The notes beneath the pieces were generated by a model, which was not told the DNA's origin, searched no databases, and saw only the letters and a program-made list of their open reading frames with translations. Below, in pieces: positions 40,801 through 53,704 of a stretch of DNA of 64,000 nt (positions are counted from its first letter, which is position 1; the number at the start of each line of letters is the position of its first letter). Origin of the DNA: Parasitella parasitica NRRL 2501. Taxonomy: Eukaryota > Fungi > Mucoromycota. The stretch is taken from positions 62,001 to 126,000 of the forward strand of contig MU619314.1 of NCBI GenBank assembly GCA_025201805.1. Direction: 5' to 3'. Both the position numbers and the translations under genes were made by a program.

Positions 40801-42590
40801 AGAGGGATAAAATCTACAACTGCTGATCCTGTCCAGAATGTTTCGGCGCTGCCCTCTTGGACCTCATCTGGCGGCACAAATGCCATATCTGAAATTGAGC
40901 ATGATTCGCTCGAGGCAGTGGCTTCCACCAAAAGTCCCTCGCCCTCGTGTAAATCAGAGCCCTTAACTCTTGACAAAGGCAAAGGGGTAGATGATCATGC
41001 AGAATCCAGCTCAGCAGCCAACATTCACTTTGCGCCACCAGGAGATTTGATGCTTGCATCTAAAGTAGAGCAGCTTTCAGCAGAGGCTGAAAAGCTGACA
41101 GCCCAAGAAGCTATTGTGGACGCATTGATAGCTAAGGCAGAAGCACAAAATAAGCTAGAGGAATTGCGTATTTTGAAAAAGTCAAAGACCATGTTTCGAC
41201 AAGATTTACAACAAATCCAGTATCAAAAATCACAATATGAGCTACAGCAATCAGAGAATGTTTTAATGCCAGATAGATCTCAAGTGAACATTACCAGCGC
41301 CACTATCGGGTCTGATAAAAACGGCGAATTTGCTTTGTATGTAATAGAGATCCAGCAACAAGGAGCAGACGGTAATTACGCTTCAGGATGGATTGTGGCT
41401 CGTCGGTATAGCGAGTTCTTTGCTCTACACCAAAAATTGAAAGAAAAACACCCTGCTGTGCGACAAATTGAATTTCCTGCAAAATGGCCCTTACTCAAAT
41501 TGCAAAAATCATTCGTAGAAGCCCGTCGTATCAGTCTGGAACGATATTTGAGAAAACTAGTAGACGATAGAGATATCTGCAACAGCCAAGAATTTCGATC
41601 ATTTCTTTCGCAGCAAAATGTCTTTGTGCCTGGCCCTGATACGGAATGGCCGTTTGGGAATTTATTTGGGTCAACTGCTTCCTTGTTGCAAACATCGTCT
41701 TCAAGTTCGTCTCTTCAATCATTGCTTTCACCTTCAGTTCAAAATCTGCAGAAATCAATTGCAGCAATGGATGATACACAGCAAAGGAGGGTTCCAAATA
41801 AGGGATTCATGCAGCATATTTACAAGACCGTGGCAGCAGGCATCGACGATATGTTGGTTGGGCCGTCTATGCTAGATTTGATCACACAGCGTTTAGGAGA
41901 GCAAGTTATGGAGTTTGATCAAACAAACGCCAGCCAGCCAACCAGCTCTAACAGTTCCCGAAACAAGGTGGCAGATTCTGTAGACATAAGCACTGTCAAT
42001 GTCATCGAACCAGCAGCTGAACTACCGGATTCATTAAAAGCAGAAGGAATCACAAAGTTCACAGAGCCTCTTTGTGATCTATTTATCGAAATGTTTGAGC
42101 TCAAAGACAAGACAAACTGGCTAAGACGTCAAGCGGTGGTCATCATCCTACAGCAGATTTTAGAAGGCACAATTGAAAGAAAACTACGAGAACTGCTGAA
42201 ATATCTAAGCTCATCCTCAATGATTGTATTCTATTTCAACAAAATCACCAATAGTTTATGGCCAAATGGAGATTCATTGACGTTTAAAGAGGCAAGAAAG
42301 CCAGAAGACAAGGTTCAGACTCGAGAGGAAGCAAATAGAAAGCTGTCTACATGGTTACCAGGTATTGAGAATTACAATACCAATACAGTTCTTGTAATAA
42401 CGAAACCCCTTTAGATTTGCTCGGTAACATGGTTGGAAGGCAGAACGCTCGTAAAGGAGCCCGACGATTGTTTACTGTACTTCAAAACAAAAGGCTGAAT
42501 CAAGACCTGGTATATACCTTGTTGGATGAATTTATTTATGCTTTATTTCCTGAAATTACCGATATCAGATCCACTACTGCCAATATTTAA
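37810..42590 (+). CDS. MDM1: PXA-RGS-PX-Nexin_C sorting nexin (Mdm1/SNX13/14/25 family) with N-terminal TM segments
   Basis: Two N-terminal hydrophobic helices, PXA (RDFIQSWY; LADPDFWN), RGS-like (GLSYFMEFMDR; LQFWL), PX (ARRYSEFFALH; FP; RRISLERYL), Nexin_C (NWLRRQAV; LWPNG; LFPE). Confidence 0.92.
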
Positions 42591-42764
42591 TAATACCGTA
42601 CTTTTTGAATAAAATGAACACGCTTTTCCCACTTGTACAACAGTGAAGTTGGTGTACACGTACTGTATACGTATAGCTGCAGTTTTTCTAAGCCATGTGG
42701 GTGTCGTTATGTTTTGTCATCCCCAGAATCCCGCTTTATATTTTTCCCTATTTTTCTTTTAGTC

Positions 42765-43187
42765 ATGAGCAAAAGCTTGGCGAATGCAGACTTTGGAGGA
42801 TTTGCTGTAGAACCTATTACCGATTGCCCTCATATACCAGCTTACAAAATCAATGAGAAAGAGCCTGATTTATACCACAAGCCTTGCCAATCTTGTGGCC
42901 AAGCAAACGAAAACTGGCAATGTTTACATTGCAAAGCAGTTTATTGCTCCAGATACTGCCATGGACATATGAAAAAACATGTGGAGGATGTGCCAGAACA
43001 TTCAGTTTGTATCAGCTATAGTGATCTATCAGTTTGGTGCTATATTTGCGATGGCTATATTACACACAAAGTAAGTTTGTTTTATTTATTGTAAATGTTC
43101 TACTATATAACAGCAAAGTATCAGGATTTAGAACCTGTTAAAAGAGTTTTGTATATATCGAAATTCGGAGAAGAGCCGTATCAATAA
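42765..43187 (+). CDS. Small stand-alone ZnF-UBP (BUZ) ubiquitin-binding protein of HDAC6 C-terminal type
   Basis: FAVEPITDCPH..CQSC..ENWQCLHCKAVYCSRYCHGHMKKH..H.VCISYSDLSVWCYICDGYI, intron at 43071-43124, then DLEPVKRVLYISKFGEEPYQ*. Confidence 0.88.
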
Positions 43188-43221
43188 ATGAAAGGATGGA
43201 ATATGGTACATGAAGTCAGGA

Positions 43222-43606
43222 TTATTGAATGTGTTGGACACGATAGTCTTTCGAGTAGTCTTGATAGGAAGGCGGTGGTGGGTCAACAGATGACTCGGGT
43301 GCTCTGTAGACATTTTGCGTAGTAGGTTGTGTTTGTGTTTGCAATGATGATGGTGGTGGCTGTGCATAAGTAGCAGGATATGTTGGTTGCTCTGGTCGTC
43401 TACCATTCATATCTACTACGACAAATTGTGAAGAATGGCCAGGTAGTGCTATGTAGTAATGGTTATTAGAATAAATTGAAGCAAAAGAGGATTAGTAATT
43501 TACCTCGTCGACTTCTAATTGCACGCTGTCTTCTGAAAAGCAGAAATAAGGAGGCAAACAGTAATATAAGACAGATAATCCAGATGACGTTATAATACAC
43601 AAACAT
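43222..43606 (-). CDS. Small single-pass membrane protein with C-terminal PPxY motif (Rcr1/WBP1/VOPP1-like Rsp5-adaptor architecture)
   Basis: MFVYYNVIWIICLILLFASLFLLF followed by RRQRAIRSRR (TM plus basic stop-transfer). One intron, Pro/Gln/Tyr tail ending VDPPPPSYQDY. TATA-like TATAAAA about 70 bp upstream. Confidence 0.78.
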
Positions 43607-43863
43607 GTTGAAAAAGGATAAAAGAGAGAGAAAAGGAAGATAATTTACTTGGCATGAATCCTAAATCTCGATTATTTTTATATGCTTACACCAAATGCTA
43701 AGCTTCTTTATGATTGGCCAAGGAACCATACTGTATAGATAATCGGGAAAGAAGAAACTACGAAATATAGAAAGTTGCACAAACGAGTAGGTCATATGGA
43801 AATGAATGGAAACCATAAAGTAAATTACATATATCACACTATGTGTGGATATAATTTGAGCCA

Positions 43864-44850
43864 TTATGCCACTTTTTTTATATCTTCTTGAGTCGGATGT
43901 TTGTGCTCTTCTTTGTTGAGCAGCTTCACATCCTTTAACTTTCTGCCAGGAATAGTATTAACAAATGCTTGTTGCCAATCTTCTAATTCTAGCCATTTCA
44001 ACATGATTTCACACACTAGAAAAAAATACTATTAATCTATACAGCCCATGACAAAGTGATTGATCTACCCACCTTGATTTACTGTTAGTACTTTTCTACT
44101 TGACATTTGAAGATAGTTGCCAATAGGCAAACGAGCGGTTTGAATACACTGCTTGGAAGCTTTATCTTGACACAAGTTCTTGTACCTGTTTTTGTCTACA
44201 ATGCCACCAATAATGTAATTTTTTCCTTCCTCTAATTTTTCAATGACATTATCTGAATCCGCAGATAAATATACTAAACTATCTTTATCGAAGATATCCA
44301 TATAAGATTCTGAATTAATCGACACTTTATCTTCCTTCCATTGATGCCAAGTGGGAAGCTTCTCGTCTAAAATATCCTTGAGTGTGTCGTCAATTGAAGT
44401 CAGTGTCAGTTTCATCGCCTTTGGCGCAACTTTGTTTTTTCCGTAGGTATATCCGAGCTGTTTGACATATGATAAATGTTCCTACTTGACGTATTAAATC
44501 ACCCAAGAATAAACGCCTCATCAACTTTTTACTTTTTCAGTCATGAGATCACTGAATCCACAATCGACAATGAGACCGACATTGGTAAGTTGGCTCAGGA
44601 AAGCCAACTTCTTTTTTGTTAGGGGTCGTTCAATGACACCCTCTCTCATTTGCTTGCGCTTCTCTAATCGCCTCACTCGAACCTTTTCTCGAAGCTTTGA
44701 CTTTCTTTCCTCTTTATTGGCGTCCCATTGCTCATCCCTCAGAAGTCGTTTGATTGCTCGCTTTGATAATCCTTCGAACTTGGGATCCTTAATGTCATAC
44801 TCTATACCTTGAAAGTTTCTTATGGTTGGCTTGATTGGATTCGGATCCAT
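43864..44850 (-). CDS. TRM10: tRNA (guanine-9-N1)-methyltransferase
   Basis: LSKRAIKR, IVDCGFSDLM, LVYLSADS, YIIGGIVDKNRYK, TARLPIG, VLTVNQ, IPGRK. Two introns. Confidence 0.95.
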
Positions 44851-46101
44851 TTGGTTCGAATGGAAATACAAATTTTTTTTCGTTGGTGAAAGCTTTTAAA
44901 GGAAAAAACGTGCTTCGGTCAATCAATTCATGGTAGTTGTCAAATCTGCTAAAAACCTATCACGAGTATCGCGACCTGGGAACAAGTCTAGGGCAAACAT
45001 CATTGATGCACCATAAAGCGCTATAAATAGTGCTAACTACTATAAAATGAAAGATCCAAGCACAATTGCCATCATAAAGTTTTGTCTTTCTAGTCTACGT
45101 CAAATCTCATCATGCCCGAAAAAGCGTTATTCAGGCCTGGATCAAAAAACATCTTCAGCCATGTTAAATAGCAATGAACACTAACCTACTTTTACTCAGT
45201 GGCTATTAACAGTTAGCAGTAAGGAAAAAGATGGAGTATACTATGTCAATATGCACTGCTAATATGTAAAACATCATCAAAAGAACATCTTTCAAAAGGA
45301 GAACGCTTCCTTGCCTGCTCATCTTTAGGAGTAATAGTTTTGATAAAATGATGTGTATGTATATAATTAAATGTCTAGCATAGTATCCTCTCAAAGATTT
45401 GCTGATTTCATAATGGTTGATTTTATGGTCTGATGCATTTTATGGAACTTGCATTTTAGGGTTAAATACGCTCAAAAGATTACTTTACCTCGATTATCAA
45501 TCATTCCATGGCTTGAAGAAGTCGTAATATTTCTCTTTCTGAGAATGGCATAAAGATTTGTAATCTGATTCTTATTAGACGAAGAGATAAATAATAGGCC
45601 ATGTCCATTGCTTTCAATAAGTTGGAACCGTCAAGCATTACTCTATTACACGCTTATTATACAATCACAATGAAACATTGTATAATAATGCTGATTATTA
45701 CCTGAAAAATTTCAAAAAAGTATTAAGCCTTGAAGTTATTGTGTGTTCGTTAAGCTTATTTAAGGGATTTTATTGATAAAATTTATCAAACAAGCCTTAC
45801 TGCTAAACACATGGAAGATACAGTATTGTCCAAGAGTTAGATTCCTCTAGCTTTACTTAATTCAACGAAAAGGTACCCGGCTTTGATGAACTTTATCAGC
45901 AAGCCAAAAATAATCTGATGAGAAAGATTATGATTTCTAGTATTTTCTGATCTGTACGTTTTCTATAAAGCACAATAACATTTCCAGTAAGCAACATCAG
46001 GACCCAACGGGTTATGCCTTTGTGACTGGGCTGGGTGGAGGAATTTCATCATGAACTTGTTTGACACGTTGGAAAAGCCATCCTTAATTCTTGCGCAAAC
46101 C

Positions 46102-47556
46102 ATGTCAACTGAAATATCCAAAGGTATAGTGAGTGATAGTTAATAAGGGATCACACAGCAACTTTATTAACTTAAAGGAATAAACCACCAGACGAAGCAG
46201 CTATATATGACCGTCAAATCAGACTCTGGGGTCTTGACGCGCAACAAAGGTGAACACGCTTCAAGAATGTGAATGAGAAATAAAATTAAACCAAATGCGC
46301 AAAACTTCCTATTAGGATTGGTAAAGCTAGTATCCTCATTGCTGGAATGCGTGCACTAAGTGATGAGGTTTGTAAGAACATCGCTTTAGCTGGTGTTGCT
46401 AGCATTACCCTACTTGACCATGGGACAGTAACCGAATTTGACTTGGGGGCTCAATTTTTCTTGACAGAAGATAGCATTGGTCAAAATGTAACACTATTTG
46501 TTTGCTACTTATAATATAGGGTTTTAAACTGTATGATAGAAAGCAGAGGCAGCAGCAGCAAGCATTAGAAACCTAAATCCTCGAGTCCAGGTCATTGTAG
46601 ATCAACAAGACATCAAAGAAAAACCAGCCGAATACTTTGAAACATTTTCAGCAGTATGCTTGATCCATTCTGAGTACGACATAATTGTAAGTTTATATGT
46701 TGGTATTGGGTGGACCTGTTCCTAATTTTATTGTACAAGTCAAAAATAGATGAAATTAGAAGAACTGTCAAAAAGCCGTTCTATGCGGCGGATGTTTTTG
46801 GATGGGTTGGCTACATATTTTGTGATTTGACTGAACACGCCTACATACAGTAAAGTAGAATAGAGCTGCAGCCGAATCCAAGCTTATGTTTTATTTTCTG
46901 GTAGAGAGAAAAAAGCAAATATCCCTCCTGCTTCAAGAAATCAACCGAAAGACGAAAAAATTTCGCATGTCGAAGCTTATTCTAGTTTAAATGACTCGTT
47001 ACAAAAGAATTGGTCTGATACGAAACCAAGGGTACTAAAAAAGAGAATTTCTCCAATTGCTTTCCTTATTCATAGTGAGTTCTCGATACGTGTGGTTTTG
47101 GAATGTAATTATACTGAATTTACATGTCTAGTTTTGCTCAAATTCCAACGAGACCACCACCGATCACCAACCCAAGAGGATGCTCGATCATTAATAGATA
47201 ACAAAGCTCAGTTTTTAGCTGATATGGGAATCGAAGATGCGACTGTCCTTGATGACACTTTACTCAAGTAATGTGTATTTACATTAAAGTGTGGATAATG
47301 ATACAGGTTACTGACGTTGTTCATAGTGATCTTGCTTTCCTTATGGACACTGAAATCTCACCTGTTGCGGCTATTGTTGGAGGTATTTTGGCACAAGATA
47401 TCCTGAGAACACTTTCTGCTAATGAATTACCTATTCAAAACTGGTTTTATTACAATGGAGTTGATGGTAAGCGATGTACATGATTGTTTCAAGACAAAAA
47501 AAAAACTCATTGTTTTCATTAAAAAAAAAGGCACAGGGTTGGTACACAGGATATAA
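46102..47556 (+). CDS. AOS1: SUMO-activating enzyme E1 subunit 1 (Aos1/SAE1, ThiF family)
   Basis: Spliced over about 8 introns: EAAIYDRQIRLWGLDAQQR, EVCKNIALAGV, DLGAQFF, LNPRV, GYIFCDL, SPVAAIVGGILAQD, NWFYYNG. Mostly missed by the ORF track. Confidence 0.92.
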
Positions 47557-48784
47557 AAAAAAAAGAAGTGTGAAATGTAAATAAATGTGCTCATTCTTCA
47601 GATCCACGAGAGTATTTATATATTGTGTCTGAATCTGATCTCAAGATGTGTAACATCAATGCATTTTAGAGGTGCAAATAACCCATGACTCAATGTTATT
47701 GTACATGAATCTCTAGATGTCAAACATCTGCATCCCTTTGTTGTATGTTCCAAGCTTAAATGATCCGTGAATTCGTATTCCATTTCATTTTTTGATATAT
47801 ATGCCTGCCAGAATTTTTAGATACTAGTAATTCTTTGGTTTAGCATGTAGTTTTAAGGCGAAAAAAAAAAACCAGTAACGTTTTAAGCGATTGCACTACA
47901 GAGTGCTCTATAATTTTGTAAAAAAAATCACCTAACCTGAGAAGTAATGACTTGAATGAAGGGAAAACTAGACTATCTGAGATAATCAGCTCATAAAAAC
48001 CAACACTACTATGGTTAGTTGGAGTTTATGCCGCTAGTATAGCTTGTCTTTGTCAACAACCGACAAAAACTAGCTTTAGGATTTCAACAAAGAGCCAGTG
48101 AAAGCATATGCAACAAGTGTACTTTCTTCATTTATAATTCATTAGAGCTAAATTGATCTCGAGATCTCAACGTGCAAGTAGTATAAGAAAACTGGTCTAC
48201 CAATTACCTTACATTACCTGTTGGATGGATTGATTAACAACCGAGTCTTTGTTAGATTCAAGCTTCTACCGAAACCTATAAGGTTATAACTATATGCGAT
48301 TCCTCTGGCAAACAAAATTAATCTTCGAGCAGTTTATGTCTCTCGTTGTATAATGTATAATAATATTAATTTTAGCTCAACCGAAACAAAGGGACATCCT
48401 ATTTTAGTAATTTCACGTTTATTAAACAGAAACACCTCAAAACAAATGCCAAGTATGAGAGCAAGCGCAGCGTATCGATTGAATATATCCAGGTCATATT
48501 ACATTAGTTCATTCTTATCTGTAATTTTCCTCGTCTTCGCATCTCAGGTTGCAGCTATGGAAGAAAACCCTGTCAGGTCCCAACGAGACAATCATTCTTC
48601 CTAGTTTGATATAACAATAAAGAATTGAATGTAGAAACAAGGGGACTTTTTTACAATTCAGGGGATATTGCATATGTTAAAAATAACATGAATCTCGACT
48701 TTCTTTCTTCTTTTTCCAATCATTTAGGATCAAGTTTAGGTTCACAAACAGAAATACATTTGAAACCCTCTTTTTTTTTTTTTT

Positions 48785-48954
48785 NNNNNNNNNNNNNNNN
48801 NNNNNNNNNNNNNNNNNNNNNNNNNNNNNNNNNNNNNNNNNNNNNNNNNNNNNNNNNNNNNNNNNNNNNNNNNNNNNNNNNNNNNNNNNNNNNNNNNNNN
48901 NNNNNNNNNNNNNNNNNNNNNNNNNNNNNNNNNNNNNNNNNNNNNNNNNNNNNN
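48785..48954. other. Assembly gap (170 N) flanked by poly-T
   Basis: Run of N. Confidence 0.99.
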
Positions 48955-49133
48955 TTTTTTTAATAAATTTACATTGAACTCTTTTCTTCTTCTTTTATTT
49001 TTTCTTCTTTCTCTCCTTGTTTTCTTACAAGAAAAAAAAAATACGCTCGTTTTTACACTATAAGCTTATCTGATATTACATATTTACAAACATTAAATCA
49101 ATAGAGAAAACCGAGGAAAACCATTGTAGAATA

Positions 49134-50636
49134 ATGAAATCAACACTCTTTTGTTTCGCAGCAATTGCACAAATCACTTTATCGTCTGTTTCAGCAGAGT
49201 CAATTCAGAGGATCCCTCTATATTATCAAAAGAGAACGTCTAACTCAGACTTTATTTCTGCTGGTGCCATTGATCTTAAAAATGGCATGCTGGGTGGTGT
49301 CGTACAAATCGGCAATCCACCTCAAAACGTTACCATGGCATTTGATACCTCAACTGGGTTTTCTTGGGTTCGTGATACACAATGCTGTAGCGAAAATTGC
49401 CAAGGTCGTAATGCATTTGAACCGAAAAACTCTACCACACTTGTTTCTACTAATCAAACTTTTACTATGGACTACGGTAAAGGTATTGTTCGTACAAACA
49501 TCTACACTGATTCCTTCAGTTTCGCCGGCATAACTGTCAAAAGCATGCCTTTTGGTGGTGCTTATGAGATGGAGGGTTTCAATCAAGGCTTCGATGGTTA
49601 TCTTGGCCTTGGTCGAGATATCAATCTCAATAATTCTTCAACAAATATCACAAAACGTGATGTTCCCTCGTCTGGCTTTGTCCCCAATGCTTTCCAACAG
49701 AGTTCAGGCTTATCCAGTGCTCAGTTCGGTATGTACACTACTTCATCTGGCAATGGCTTCTCTGATACTGGTTTCTCTCAAAATGGTACTACTGTTGTTT
49801 CAAATGTTGGCAGTTCCAGCTCTGTTGCACCTGGTGGCTATGGTATTGTCAAACGCTCATCATCGAACGATGAACCAGCTGGTTACCTCGTTATTGGTAA
49901 GTCGATTTACTCTCTCCCCCCCCCCGTCCTCCTCCCCTTTTTTTTATGCTTTCATTATCACCTCTCCCTTATTCTATATCGATATTTTTAGATGCTGTTC
50001 AGTAATACTAACTTTTTTACATATTTTAATCATTCGTTTTACAGGTGGTATTGACACAGATGCTATTAAGGGTGATTTGTATTACATTGACGTACGTAAT
50101 GATGATAACGAGTCTGGAAACTGGGCTGTTTCTATCGATTCCGCTAAGTTTGAAGACGATCTTGAATTCACCATTAGTAAAGGTGCAAAGGCTGTGCTCA
50201 GTTCATCCACTGATGTTATCGGCTTGCCTAATACTCAAGGTAATGGCTGTTTTACTTCTAAAACCTTAAAAACGTCTAATGTTCATCTTTTATAGCTGAT
50301 GAATTCCAAAAACGTTGGTACGCTGAATACGATGAAAACGATAATACCTTCATGATTCCCTGTTGTTTAATGGACAATCTTACCCCATTCAAGATCAAAC
50401 TTGGTTCTATTAAGGCGACTATCCCCCCTCATTACTGGAGCCATCCTCGTAAAGTTACTTCCTGCTGTGAAATGTGTCGTACGCATATCGGTAAAAGCGA
50501 ATCTGACACCGATTACATTATTGGCTCTGCTTTCACCAACTCTTTCTATACACAATATAACATTGCTGAAAACACAATTACTTTAGCCATGAAGAAAAAT
50601 CACGTCAACGATGGCCTTGAACTCACCCAAGATTAG
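49134..50636 (+). CDS. Secreted pepsin-family (A1) aspartic protease homologue with degenerate catalytic motifs
   Basis: Signal peptide, IGNPPQ, FDTSTG, flap YGKG, DGYLGLG, LVIGG, second lobe AVLSSST, YIIGSAF. Introns at 49897-50044 and 50240-50295. Confidence 0.88.
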
Positions 50637-52330
50637 ATGATCTCGAACAAACGAATTTCTTTATATATATCCTATACACTAGTCTCTTTTTTTTCTTAAA
50701 ATATATGATCGTTTCTTTGATTTTTCTTTGCAAAAGACACTTTATTTTTATTTTTTTAATGTTCAGTCTATCAAGACCCTTTTTTTTTTATGGTGTATTA
50801 CAGAACCAGTGTCAATCAACCCATTATACGGTATATGAATTGATGAAAAGTTGCCTTTTTCAGACTAACATTTCCTCTATGAACTTTATTGTGTCAAAAG
50901 AGGTCAGTTGTTTAAATTGATTTGTTGCTTGCTATGTTATAGCACCAAAAGTCTTTTTTTTTCTGTTCTCGGAAACTTCAGTTCTCTGTACCAAATGCTA
51001 AATAGTCTCAAATTGTCAACTTTAAAAGCTATTTTGACCTCAAAGTTACTCCTAGCTACTTTGTTTGTGATATATTTACATTTGATGAACTAATCATATT
51101 TTTTGTTGATTAAGAAAATGAAGTGAATTTTCGGACCGCTTTCGATGAGCTGCATCATTTTCCGATCAAAATTATGCTTTTTTTTCAGATTTTGAATGGC
51201 TTTAACCTTTTATCAAAGACTAAAAAATAATCATATATACGTTTTTGCTTCCTCTATTGAATGGTATAGATAACAAAAACATTAATTTATGAAAAATATG
51301 AGATAAAACTCTGTAACTAATAAAAGTTTTTTCCTGTAAAAATCAAAATTTTTATATCAGGTTTTTAAAATTAAGCGTTGGATATGATTAAAAAACATTT
51401 TATCTTTATTTTTTATTACAATAGTTGTGTGTTTTAAAGCACCTTTTAGGACGAAAAGACAAAAAATCAATATTTTTCAATTTTGGACGAGGGTATACAA
51501 GGATTAAAAGCGTTTGGAAAATTCTCTGAGTTTTAAGATTTTTATGCTTGAATCAGGGTGGTGATAGACATATTATCAGTCTACCAATATGGAAGCTGTT
51601 GAGGGCGTATTTCTAAGAGCATTTTGCGCATACTTTCTATAGATTTTTGGATAATTTGTTACAGTTGGCAGCAGGTAACAGCTTTCCAGAAACTGATTCT
51701 AACCTTTCAAATCAGCTGGGAATATAGCGAAATATAAACATTTAAGACTAGAAATGAACATTCTGATAGTCATTGACAATTTGCGAAGCTCGAAAGCAAT
51801 ATATAGGCAGTCTTATGGGGTTCGAACATAATGAAAAAGCAGGGTGTGTGCCAAAATATATGGAATACGATACATACGCTTGAAACACCTACATTAGGAA
51901 ATCAATGCCAACATATATTTCTTACAAACTTGGTAATGCAGCTACGTCAATATCATGCAAAAACTCATGATATTCACAAACCATACTATTGCAATGATGG
52001 CACAAGCTCATGGTAGGGCTCCTTGGTTAATTCAAGCTGTTGTGGTTGAGTATTTCTAAAGGCATTGTTATTACTGAGGAACAAAAACAACTAGTTATAA
52101 CTTTATTGATAAAAACTTCTGTCACTAGTAAATGATTGATGGTTCGATTAGTTAGCTCCCAATATAGCTCAACATCTATGTGTTCGATTTGACATTTGGT
52201 TAAACATGCAAGTTTTTGACGTCACTTGGCAGTTGCGGTTATTCAAAGGCATCATTGTTGTACGCGTTATCTAACTTGCTTGTTTTCTTTTTTCTCAGGT
52301 CTATTCAATTCGATAAAGCAAATTATAAAC

Positions 52331-52958
<628 letters not shown>

Positions 52959-53031
52959 ATTATATACCCCATTGTAACACTTTATAATCAAGACAACCAA
53001 ACCGAATAAACTTTTTTTCTCTTTCTTCCCT

Positions 53032-53704
53032 TTATTTAAACATTCGAAGATAGGCGAGGAACAAGGCACCAGCACCAGTCATTGTACCCATCATATATTG
53101 CATAATCTGGAATTTGATGGCTTCCATTTGAGTTCGTAGGCCAGATATTTCGCTTTCAATTCGAGTGTCTGTTTCTTTGATTTTGATTTCTTGCTCGCTT
53201 GCTTCATCTCGCACCCTTCCCTTCTCCAAGTTCAAATCTAACCGCACGCTCGCTTTGGTTCTAGTTATTTCTTCTCGTAATTTTTGCTTTAATTTCTCTA
53301 ATTCACTTTCTAATCTATCGTTTTCTGTCTTCATCATGGTGAAATCGTTACGCTCAATCAGCTGTACCTCAGACTTGAGCTTTGCAAAATCAACTTTATA
53401 TGCATAAATAGCCTTTATATTTGCTCAGTTTTTGCGGTACACATATAGAGATGTGTTTTACGAAATCTAAACATACCTTTTCTCGTTCTGCCCTGGGGAC
53501 CATCATTTTATTCAAATCAGCCATGCTTTCTGATATGACTCTTTGCAGTGAGCTCATGATAGCCTCGCTTTGCTGCCGTGAAAATCCTTCTTTTTCTAAT
53601 CGCTCGACAAATTTAAACGTATCAAAATAGTTTTGTCTTGTGAATGTACTTGTGTGGAACTTGCTAGAAGCCAATTTTAATGAGCTAGTTAACCGAAACG
53701 CCAT
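53032..53704 (-). CDS. FMP32: Mitochondrial coiled-coil DUF1640 protein (Fmp32/CCDC90/MCUR1 family)
   Basis: Basic presequence, FDTFKFVERLEKEGFS, DFAKLKSE, RLDLNLEKGR, and C-terminal TM ending LAYLRMFK. One intron. Confidence 0.9.

Noticed and set aside
45884-45950. C/D-box-like arrangement (TGATGA..CTGA..ATGATT..CTGA)
   Set aside because: I could not recognise an rRNA or snRNA-complementary guide or a terminal stem; these boxes are common in AT-rich DNA.
51000-51600. Second AT-rich, MITE-like intergenic stretch
   Set aside because: No matching ends or second copy identified in the window.
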